Positions 25,194 to 37,400 of a DNA stretch of 64,000 bases are shown piece after piece (the first letter of the stretch is position 1; each line of letters opens with the position of its first letter). Source of the DNA: Antedon mediterranea (lineage: Eukaryota > Animalia > Echinodermata); contig NC_092679.1 in the NCBI RefSeq assembly GCF_964355755.1, positions 18,025,432 to 18,089,431 on the forward strand, in the 5' to 3' direction. Both the position numbers and the translations under genes were made by a program. The notes beneath the pieces are model-generated. The model ran no database searches. It was given only the letters and a program-made list of their open reading frames with translations, and was not told the origin of the DNA.

Positions 25194-27214
25194 TTATAAT
25201 GTATCTGCATTTAAACGCTGTTTAATGTGTTTATAAACAACAAAGATGACACCATTAACAGGTATGCCCCTAAACATAGTCACTGACACCCCTTTAAATA
25301 AAATACCCCAGCCTTCTTTCTTGGTACATTGCATAAAACAATCAACATAGCTCGAATAAAGTCTTGTAGAACCCACGCCATCTGCTTGCCAGCGAGACTT
25401 AATCACGTCCAAAGGGTATATAACGAACCAAGATAACGTACCAGCGAGGCCCCCTGCTACAAACAAACCTGCTGTCGATGCTTTATTCCCCGTCGAATAC
25501 GAAGCTATTTTATTCGATAAGTAGTGATCAAGGCTAAAATACACACCGGTAGACGGAACATCCCGTACGATGTTGATTCCCAATCCATGATAACAGCCTC
25601 GTAATCCTTCCTTTTTAAAAATCGTATATATTGCTTCTATTGAGTTATTGTAGTGTTTCTGCGCTTTTGCTACATGTTTTGTTCCAATGCCTTGCATCTG
25701 GAGCCTAATTTTTGTTAAGTCTAATGGACACATGAATGACGTACCTAAGAGTCCTACTCCAGCTCCAGCAATATAGTGATTTCTAGTACTAGCGCCACCA
25801 AGATATGCCAAAAAGGTTTCTTCAACACCAAAGTAAAAAGAGTTTTGAATAAGAGATGCGACGACAGGTGAAAGAAGACCTTTATATAACCCTGTTACCT
25901 ATATGAATAAATAAAAATTTAATTTACAGAACCAATTCTCATTTAACATTTTTATTTCAACAGTATTTTACGAGGGTGGTCCATCCAGTCGAAGCTGATC
26001 ATTAGGGATCCTCACAAAGATACAATATGACAAGAACATGCAACAATTAAAATTAATAGAATTTATAAAGATAAACAAAATAAAATAATGAACAAAATAA
26101 TTAGAATCAAAATGGAAATAAAATAAACAGAATTTAAATTAAATTTAAAATGTTGATTATGGTTCAATTAAACAAGCCAGTCATTTTATGTGAAAACCTA
26201 AAATGATCAAAATATCATCAAATGACGGATGTACTTTGATACCCTTTTCAGCAAAAAAGTAATGAAAAAATGCACTTACGGACTCCTGTTTTAGAATACG
26301 CAGAAAACATTCAAAACCACTTTTGTATCGTGTTACTGTGCCCTGATTCTGTAAGCGAACTAAATACAAAAATAACAGTCAAATTGAATATTCTGAAGTA
26401 TATCTTGAAAATTTATATTTTGATGGTGGGACTTGTAATTTAAATGATTTTTAGGAGTCTTAAAAATGATGGAACAGGCAAATCTCTTTCTTTGAGACAT
26501 CCCTATTTAGAGGTCGTTCCTATTAAAGTGACAGTTTTCTGTGAAATGAACAGGGTAAATTTAGGGGGCATCCCTAGCGTTTTAGGTCCCAAATGTATCC
26601 CTTTAATAGGGGTTCTACTGTATGGTGGCACAGGGTGTAGGCCTACTTACTTTTAATTGTGTCAAGTGGATGACCAACAACTGTTCCAGCAACACCTAGC
26701 ATCATTTAAAAAAAGGAGTTTAGTATTTTAATGTTATTACAGTATACAGATAGAAAGAGTGCAGTTTGTATCCAATTGTGAATAAAAAGCATACATATTT
26801 TATTTAGTGTTTTATTTCTGGGAAAATAAAAAAAGGTTAGTTAGGTTATGAAATTTTGGAACCATATTACCTCTTTTGTTATTATAGGTATTTTCATTAC
26901 TTTTTTTGGGAAAAGAAAGATTGTATTCTATAAAAAAAATTGTAGGAATCACTCAAAATTCTTAACAAAATTACATTATTACGGCAGCCAATCATAGTGA
27001 TTTGGGTAAATGACATTTGGGACAATCAATTCTCATGATTGGTAAATCACAGTTAGCAAATACTGTAGATAAAGAAATACAAATCTTTGGCCTGCGTGGA
27101 AAATAGCAATCTTTCTTTTTTTGTTGGTTGGCCTCAAACAGAATCGTGAAAAGTCAAAAGATATTTCTTACCAGCAGTGCCACCAGCAATGAACTCCGGC
27201 AGATTAAATGCCAT
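25194..27214 (-). CDS. SLC25A29: Mitochondrial carrier, SLC25A29/45/48 (basic amino acid carrier-like) subfamily, 4 coding exons
   Basis: Exons (-) 27214-27172, 26695-26651, 26359-26280 and 25898-25194 give [46 protein letters not shown]. Three Px[DE]xxKxR signatures: [24 protein letters not shown]. The exact paralog is uncertain. Confidence 0.85.
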
Positions 27215-27900
27215 CTAAGAGATAGAAAGAATTTTAATATCTGTGAAACAATTATTTATCTCACTAATTTATTTTTGATAACTTACAAGAGTAACTAATT
27301 AAGAGGACACTTTCAGGACCCCTTAGTAGGGGTATCCTTTTCAGGGGGCCTGAAGAATATACGTTTAAAAATTTAAATGCTATAGTTGAAGCATAACTAT
27401 TGACCAATCAGAACATGGAACTATATGATCAGAACAACGTCAATTGGAGGACAGGGAGGCACGTGTTGCATATGCACACTGCTGGCTGCTCTAACCAGTG
27501 TCATAATTAATACTAAATAGCACTAACTGATCATCACGACGTTTTTGTTTGTTTACCCGTTTGTTTACCTTTATTCAAAACGTCATAACTAGGTTAAACT
27601 AAACGTTATCGGCCTATCCAATGTATAGGTCCAGATTATAGAATGGATGCAAAAAAAGGCCATTCCCCGAAAACCGGGCTTTGCGATAGGCCTATAATAG
27701 GCCTAGGCCTAGCTAGGCCTAAACTGAACGACGAGAGAATAAATAGCGAATCATTTTAGGCATACCGACCGTGTACCGTGCACACACTAGGCCTAGCTAA
27801 AACAAACATACGGTTGGCCGGCATATCAGTTGGTCTAGATATCTAAAAATCAGGACCTCCCTGGTAAAACTTACTACCAACAGCAGAAGTTACTACTTAC

Positions 27901-28471
27901 AGTTAATTTTCACATTTAAAGCATTGTAGTGGTCGTCGCCATCATGTTCAGTGATGCATAGCATAGCATGCAGCATGCTGCAATCAATCAAGCATGAAGA
28001 AAACTGAAAAGTTGGTGCTTGTTTTGATTATTAATTATTAGTTTAGTTATAATGTTAGTGCTATTAATTTGTTTTGTCTTTCGGATATAATTTGGATTTA
28101 AATTTATTGACTTTCATTCATAATTTTTAAAATTGAGTTTAAATATAAAAAATAAAACCTTGAGATGAAAGTATAATTCCCCAGTTATGACCAGTTTAGT
28201 TATATTATAATAATGTCTGATGAGGATATGAAATAGAAGAATTAAATAATATAATTAATAATAATATGATGCAAAAAAGTAATTTCCATTTTATGTATTT
28301 AACTATAGTAACTGTATTTATTATTAATTTATAAATTAAAATCGAATACAACTTTTTTTTTGTAAAAAGACACTGACAAAATATTAGAATATAGAGGGCG
28401 CTAACTTTGTAACTCAGGACGCTTCCTTCTAAAAAAAACAGCAGACGATCAAATGTTTTCTCCACCACAAA
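27901..28471. promoter_or_regulatory. Probable bidirectional promoter region between the SLC25 5' exon (-) and NPHP1 (+)
   Basis: Minus-strand donor gtaagt at 27900, with the acceptor directly before the SLC25 ATG. NPHP1 ATG is at 28472. A CTCF-core-like agagggcgcta lies at 28393-28403. Confidence 0.5.
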
Positions 28472-31400
28472 ATGTCTAAAAAAAGCCCACTACAACAAGT
28501 GCAACATGAAGGAGATGTACTAAAGAGAGATGTTAGCATAAATAAATAAATACATTTTAGAATAATATTAGAATAATAGTACTACTACTAGGCCTACCTA
28601 GTAGCTAGTAGGCTAGTAGGCCTAGCCTAGCCTATAGTTAGTTAGGCTCTAGCTAGCCTATCCATGTATTACTAGGCCTACCTAACCCTGGCCATACCTA
28701 GCTAGGCCTAGTCTGCCTACTACCTAGCTAGAGACTGAGAGAGGGTATTCTAGGGTATACTAAGACTAGGCCCTAAGCCTAGCTAGGTTAGCTAGACACA
28801 ACTTGTTTGATGAATCTGACTACAGAAATGATACCCGGACTGATTTTTGCAGTTAACAAATTTAGAGCCAAAACTGGTCCGGCCAACCGATTTTGGCCCG
28901 GACCATACTTGTCATGACCGGCCTATAGTAGCCTAGTGCTAGATCTAAAAATCATTTTAAACTGTACAATTAGGCCTATAATATTACTGTACAACTAATT
29001 ATATTTTAGGTTGATAAGTTGGTGAAGGAATGTCAACAATTTATAGACGATACAACAGAATCTAACAGTAAAGACAAGAAACTAAAAACTTTAATTAAAA
29101 AGTATGTATTCATTTACGATTTTAAATACAATCATTTCATGATAATTTATAATATAAATTGAGAATTAAAAGCTATATGATGATACATTGGAAATAACTA
29201 TGGCGAGAAAAAGTAAATACAATAAGATTCCAACTGAAAAGCAAGACAGGCAGTATATTTAAAAGGAGGGTCCAGGGTATAAAATTATAATATAATGGTA
29301 AAATAACCTAATGTTCTCTTGTTTGCTTGGTAATTTAAAAGGGTACCTAAAATCCTTCCTATCTTTTGCATTGTCATATTTTAAATGGTTAAATAATACA
29401 TAAAGGTATAATATTTTTTTCTTATTTCATAGATGCCAAGATTATGAAAAGAAGATCAACAGTTTATTAAAGAAAGCACAAAAACTTGATAGAGTAAATG
29501 AACCATCTTCAACAAGCAAATTTGAGGAAAATAAACAACAGGAAATCAAGCGATTAGAAACATTCAAGGTACAGATTAAAATATAGTGCCCTCTATGGTT
29601 TGTCCACGCTTTCAAGTGCAACATCATCATTTTTTTCTGTGACTATGATTAATTTTTATTTTTAATCTTTTAGGTACAGCTTGAAAGAATTTCGTCAAAA
29701 CTTGAGCCAGATGAAATAGAGGAAGAATATCTAAGGTTAGAGGTCAAATCACTATTCTTTGCATGTTGGTCTTCCCCAGTCTATATCTGCTTGCAGTCTA
29801 TGAAAAAAAAAAAATGTAGTTTATAATATCATTTGAAGGGAGGCTGCAAATTAGTCAGAGTCATTAAACTGATGACATCATCATTTTAGAGGCCTCTAAA
29901 GAGGGAACATTAGGGTACCAATAAAAGGATAATTTTCCACAGGGTGCCCTCTCAATCATTTCCTTGTATGTTGTCTCTTGTGTATTGACATAATATAAAA
30001 AGCCACAATTTTCTTTACTTTGTATAAACGTGTACAGAGAAATGAGTCAGGAATTAGAGGAAGATTTTTCAGTGAAGAAAAATGAGAAAGAGGATGAAGG
30101 AGTTGAATCAGAACTATCAGAAGATGAGGAGGATGATGAAAGTGATGTAGAAGAGGAACCAGAAGATGATGATGGGGAAAATGATGTAACCCCAGAAACA
30201 AACTCTAAAGGCGAGGCAGATCTAAAAGAAGACACTAAAACATCTTCAAGTAAATCTGGCGATGGAAAACTAAGCCGTTTTTCAATCTTCAGAAGATCAT
30301 CAAAAAAGAAAGAGGTGTCAATGGTAGTAGAAGAAGAGGGTGAGACAGGAAAAAAGAAAGAAACTAAAGATCTTGATAAAGAGAAGAAGGATGAAAAAAC
30401 AAAGAAGAAAAAAACAGAAAAGGAGAACAAAGAAACTGAGATAATGACTAAAAAAAAGAAACAAAGTAAGAAAGACCAAGTAACCGAAAAATCTACCAAA
30501 AAAGATAAAAAATCTGTAAACAAACCAGAGATAAAAGTGCACAATGCGTCTGAAGATGGGGAAGTAGAAGAATCTGAGGAAGCACCAAAAGTGGACACCA
30601 AAAAAGGATGGCGTTTGTTTGGCAAGCAAGACAGGTGATATAATGGATGTTTCTGCTTGGTTTATGGTTTATTAACATTGCAAACGTTTTCGTTGGTGTT
30701 TGGTATTTAATGCTGCTTTTCTTATGTTTTTTTTTAACTCAATGTTTGCTGCAATTATTTTTAATTTTAAAATATAATCAGCTGCAAAAATGGTATTTAT
30801 CATAATATAAAACATGTGATAATCTATTTCCTATTTATAAAATTAGTGACTTGATCTAATAAGAAATATAGCTAATATCGTTGTGTTATTATGGTATTAT
30901 TGGTTTTCTTAATTTGTATTGAATGTACATTTGATAAATTTATTATTTAAAGGTAAGTATAAATTGTAGAATTCTGGGATTCTTTAGTACTGTACTGGCT
31001 TATTTGTGTACATGTTGCTATAGTGACTGCATGGTTTCACTTTTGGTCTGTGTTTTGTGTTATAATTGCACTTTTTTTCTAATTTCTATGAAAAGAGAAT
31101 ATCTATTCATGATCACATGATCCTTTCGGTTTTCTCAGAAATTGATCAAGGCCTGTGTAGAGTTATATAAATAATATAAAATAATTTTTTCAATTATCGT
31201 AAAATATTTTATGTTATTTGTCTTTTAAATAATTTTCTCTTTGATTTGAATTTATTAGGAAAATCATCATAAAATATACATACAAAGTGGTAACATAAAT
31301 TACTGACATTACAAATAATACATTTATAAAGGATTTTCCAGGATAACCCAAAAAGCTTATTAGCTTATTTCCATTGGGATCCTCTTTATCAACAAAATGC

Positions 31401-34400
31401 CACTGTTGTCAATCAATAATAAAAGAAATATCAATAACTGTAATTTGCTTTGTAAAAACAAACTTTGATTGATTGTAGATTGGAAAGGATACAAATCTGT
31501 ATATCTATATAATTTAAATAATAATAATAAAAAGTTGTTTTTTAAATAATGTTTTTTTTTATTGTATATTTCTTTGTGCAATTCTTCTGTTATGGGAAGC
31601 AAGATTGCATCATGTTTAATTTAATCAGCAATGTTAATCCTCAATACAACAACTAGTTATCCCAAAAAGCTGGCTCTCATCAAACAAAAAATACAGTGCT
31701 CTCAAAAGAAGGCATTCAGCTCTCTCCAAAAGATTAAAGTCTGAAACAAGGAACTCTCCATACCAGATTTGTTTAGAACCCAAATTCTTGAATTTTCAAT
31801 AATTACATTTTAAACATTTTCTTTATTAGGAAAATGAAACAGGAGAATGCACCAACTAACACAAAGGAAAAGGATGACAAAAGTAGTAAAAGAAAAGGTG
31901 CAGATGTACAAATAAAAACATCGGACATCAAGAAAGGAAAAATTGATGAAGAGGTGGATGAAGATTCCTATGATGAGGATGAAGAAGATGATGAAGAATA
32001 TGAGGTAAAATTATTATATTATATATAATATAAGATTATATATATATAATATAAGCTAACAAGCATGGTTGTACCCTTTCAGTTCATTTCTAGGTCTTTA
32101 ATTGGATAATGACACAACAGTATTAAAGGGGAAAAAAACCAGAATTTTTAAATTGGATTGATTTATGTGTTACAATGAATGTTTTTTTGTTTTATGCTTT
32201 GTTTGCTTCTAGCGTGGACCCTATATTACTGAATACTATTTTAACTGAATTTATAATGATACTTGATACTAGATTTTATTTTCATATTTAAAATCGGTTT
32301 TCAGGATGAATATGAAGAAGAAGCGAGCGACGAAGAATTGACTGAAGAAGGGGATGAGGAGGAGTACGAAGAAGAAAGGTTTGCACAAATAAACTTTTCA
32401 AAAAATGTTTTCTTAAAATGTAAAACCACCTTTAAAAACTTAAACTGTTTGTTGTTTATCAGATTATTATAGTTAAACTTTTAACTGTGGTCCTTCTTGT
32501 TTCAATGTTGATATAGCCACATCCTTTAGGATGTTTTATTTGTCAGTGATTAGTTCAGTTTGGGGATATTGTCTGTTGGGTTGAGGTGGGAATATCGGTA
32601 AGGGTGATAGGGATAGAATAGACAGGTTGGTGAGGAGGGCAGGGAGGATGGTTGGATGTGAATTACCTGTGGTGGACTCGGTCTATCATGAAAGGTGGCG
32701 CAATATGTTTAGAGTGATATGGAATGATGTTAGTCATCCCCTTAACTCGGACATTGCCGACTGCCTTATTGAACGTAGTGGTAGACTGCTGAGGCCGCCA
32801 CGGGGATCCACTGAACGCCATCGTCTCTCCATCGTCTCTCCCAAGACTATAATGAAAGGTATCAAAGATAGAATTTATTACGATACACTTTTATTGTTAT
32901 TATTATTATTATCACACTTATGTATTAGGCCTATCATTTCTCTTTTAAATACGGCATTGTTATTAGACAGCAACATAATTTCCCAAGTTGGTATGAATAA
33001 AGTTTTCTTGTATGTATCTTGTATCTTGTATCAATGTGGTTTGCATCAATAAGCTTTCAAAATGTTCTCTTAAAATGTAAAATGTTGCTAAAAATTTAAA
33101 CCACCTTCAAAAAATTTCCTCTTTTTGCCAAAAGTTTTTTTTACCTTATTCCTCCATTTCATTATTACTATTGATCAGATTATGTGAGTGATCTCGGATG
33201 CAATTTTAAGGCCAAAAAAACACTTTAAGATAGTGTTTTTTCTTGCGTTTTTTGTTAATAAATATTTGTTTTATAGCGAGGAAGAAGAGTTAGAAGAGGG
33301 AGATGAAGAAGAGGAATCAGAATTTGAGGAAGAATTAGGAGGAAAACCAGATGAAATTGAGGAGGATGACGATGAGACAACGTTTGAAAGAGAAGAAGTA
33401 AGCTTATACTATTACTCAGTTTTGATGCATAACACTAGTTTAATAGAGTTTAGTTTTAGACTTTACCATAATTAATTTTTCAGATGGACCTGTTTGAAGC
33501 AGTATGTGATTACAGAGCAGAACAAGAGGGTGACCTAAGTTTCAAAGTTGGAGATGTCTTAACAATTATCAAAACTAGGTAGAGTCACTGTTGTTCATTT
33601 ATAATAAGATTTGTTTGATTATCTGCTGCACACTGAGAAACATACCAGGATGACCTAAAAAGGTCAAACAGCTGAATGAAGTCATAATAACAAGCAAGCA
33701 TCACTTATAGAAATAGAAAATTTTAAAGGCCAAAATCTTGAAATGATCTTTATCTAATGTTGCAGGGAGGATGGTTGGTGGACTGCAGAAGATGAAGAAG
33801 GTAACAGAGGACTTGTTCCAAGCACATACCTTAAGGTTGGAGTTTACAATTTTTTCATTAATAGTGTTCAGATGATCAAAGTCCTTGATTTGTATTCTTA
33901 TTATAAAACTCCTTTCTATTTATAGCTCAAGAAAGATCCAGGAGATCATAGAGACATTCAGTCTCCAGAAGGTTAGTGATTGGTGACATAGAAATTGAGG
34001 TTAAACAAGAGATGGCTTACAATTAAGAGCTAGGTCGAAGTTGAAATCTTTAACACCACAAGCCCTGCTAGTTTTGTAACGTATACCAAAGCACCTAATA
34101 GCCAGAAGTCTTGATTTGAGGAATACTTAAAACTTTTATTGCATCTGATTTATAAATTGGTATTTTGAATAGACCAAGGTACATTTAATTAATATTGAGT
34201 TTATTTTTTATGACTTGAATTACAAATTCTGATCTTATATTAAGCTGCAGAAATTGACATTCTGAGGGTAATCTTATTAACTATTATGTTGTGTATAAAA
34301 ATATAAAATATTTTCAGATGAGCAAGAGCCACAGCTATCCCGCAGGTAAATTGCAATTGTGAAACAGCGTTTTCTAGTTCTGGAGGCATATTTTATAAAG

Positions 34401-37400
34401 TATTGTTTGTATTTCAGTATTAATATTTAATTCGCAAAAAATTTCGCCAGTGTAGCATAGCAGAAAGCTATACAAAACAACCTTTTTGCTACACATTTCT
34501 ACAATTGTGTAGCAAAAAATACAATACAAAACTATCTTTCTTGACTAAAAAATCAGTTTGATTAGCAATTTTGCTAAACAAAATTTTCAAATGAAATTTT
34601 TCCCTGACAGTTCCATAAATTGATTTATTATTTATATTGATAAATTATCATAATAAATAAATACATCTGTGCCAAATTGTTTTAAATTAAACAATATAAC
34701 ATGTGCCTCTAAAACTAGAAACTAATTCTTATTCTCTAATAATATAATGATTTTGTTTTCATTTTCTTCTTTCTTTCTTTGAACGGACCATAAACAGATG
34801 ACCCGGGGTATTGTAAATTTGTTTAAAAAAATGTCATTTCAAGATTTAACAAAAACAGAATTCGCTGCTATCCCTCTCCGCTTTTAATGTACAGTAGATG
34901 CTTTTATATTTCAAGTGTAGTCTCATGGGCATGTTATGCTATTTAAAAAAAAAAATTCCACAAGATATGATGATACGTTTGTCATTATGTCCGCATGAAT
35001 CAGCACATGTGTCATCCATGTTTTTACTGATTGTGATTTTGTATCATGCATGTCATATGGTTCTGTTTTAATCATAAAGAGTTCTTGAATAATGACACCA
35101 TTTTAAGTGCTCCATTTAATTTCCAAGCTTTTCTGTAAATCGATTTCATAAGTAAATTATGTGCAAGAACAGTGAATGAACTAGTAGTCCCTGCGATGCC
35201 ATTTTATTACAGCATGCGTTTTTGTGGCATAATTCTAATTTTACAGAATGTTGTGTAGTTTACTTCTGTTATGCTCGGTTCTGAAATTTTTGTCAAGCAA
35301 GTATTAATTATTATTAAACCGTATTTAAATCATTATTTTATAAATTTGGTCCCATTTTTGTTGACAGTGGGAAAGTACTTTGGAGAGGTCTTAAAAAAGC
35401 TGTAAGAGAGGTAAGTTAATCTCCACATATCATATGCTAAAAACCTCTATCCCCATCGGAGATCTGGTTTCCTTCATCCGTCATCATTACTTATTTTGTA
35501 CATGCATTATGACATAAAATATGTAAAGCTCTGTCTAAACTATCAAACTAATTTGACAACAAAATATGTGTCTATATATGGACATCATGATGTCATATCA
35601 CTACCATATTTGGACATATCACTACCATATTGCAGTTTCTTGTAAAGCATCCTCAATAATTGGTGCCATGTGTCATATAAAAAAATTAGTATCTACTGAA
35701 GTGTTACTTACCATATACAAGACACTTATATTACCAGTGTTGACATATGGTATTATTGTATGGGGTGCGGGGAACAAAGACAATTTGGATCGCCTTCTAT
35801 TGCTTCAGAAAAAAGCTCTTAGGATCATTTGTAAGGTAGACTTTCATCATCCCTCTTCTCAGCTCTTTGTGAAAACGGGCACACTTAATATATTTGATTT
35901 GTATAAAAACAGTGTTTTAAATTTTATGTTTAAATACCAAAAAGGACAACTTCCAAAATGTTTTAATTCTTTATTCAGTTTATTTGATAATTATCATACA
36001 TATAACACTCGAAATAAAGACAATTATTGTATAAAATTAAAATCAACTAATATGGGTCAGCAAAGTATAGCATATAGAGGACCTAAGCTATGGAATCAAC
36101 TTATAAGAAATATAAGAGAGAGTGAAAATATATCAATATTTAAAAAACTATTACTAAATAAATACATTAATAGTTATAAAGAAACAATATATCTATGCGA
36201 AAACAACATTTGTAAAATATGTCTAACTTTAACTTAATTAATTACATTCTCGTATATATTCTGAGACTGATGTATATATATATGTTATATTATAGTACGT
36301 TGTATTTTCCTTCATTTATTTACTACATGAAAACATTTTTTTGTAATATATTTGTAAATTTATATTTTAAGTTAGGGTGCCACAGATTAAAAGCTTTGCT
36401 TGCTTGTGGTTATCCTGTTTTTCACACTTTATTGTACTTAATCTTTTATTTATATTTTTAAGAATGTTGTGTGAAAAATAAAAGAATCAATCAATCAATC
36501 AATCAATCAATATTAGGGCACATCACATGCTAACCAAGTTTGTATAGTTCCCAGTACTGATACTCCATATTTTCTTTTTTTAAGACAAGTGCCACTGATG
36601 TCTTGTCAGCAATGGGTGCAATTCCATCTGGTTTTCGTCCATCGACTACTGCGAAACTTCTTAGAGAAGGTAATTGAATTTAAATTTCTTATAATCATGA
36701 TTCTATCATTAATATCATTGTAATTATTATCACAATGGAAGACTAAGCTTGCTGTATTGTTATCCTGTATGTTGATAAATATATATTGATAATGAATAAT
36801 TATTTTTTTTTTGTTGTTGGCACATTTAGACCAACATTAATGAGGCAAATGTACCAAAAGAATTTTTGCTTAAATGTGCGTAGTTATAGTCTACCTACCT
36901 TGTCATCTGCTAGAAGGTCCATGAATGTCTTGTTTCTCCATACTTCTCTATTTAGTGCTTCTTCTTTTAGTTCCGATAGTATCATCATACTCATCATCTT
37001 TTTTAGTGTTGCAAATATTCCTAACTTAATCATTATCATCATTATAATTATTCCTAATACTGTATCACCATTGTCATTCCATTCATTATTTTCCAATGGC
37101 TGTATTCACCGATCACACTGAGATATTTCCCTTCGATATTAAGTATTTCACTTAACAAACTCAATAAACATTTAAGTATTATTTATAGTTTTTAATTTTA
37201 AGGATGTTTTCCTTAGCCTAAGCGTGAATGGTGCATATGGCCATGTGCTCCTAACATTTTTGAAGTCTTTATTATCATCATCATTGTCATCATCACGTCA
37301 CCATTTCATCTGTTCACCATTTGTTTTTATCCATCTTTGAATAAAACAACCATCATGTTAAATGTTCATTTTGCACTTTCTTTACAGATGAGTACACTCT

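Noticed and set aside
30047-30678. Ser/Phe-rich minus-strand ORFs (192, 103 and 61 aa)
   Set aside because: Antisense shadows of the Glu/Lys-rich NPHP1 exon.
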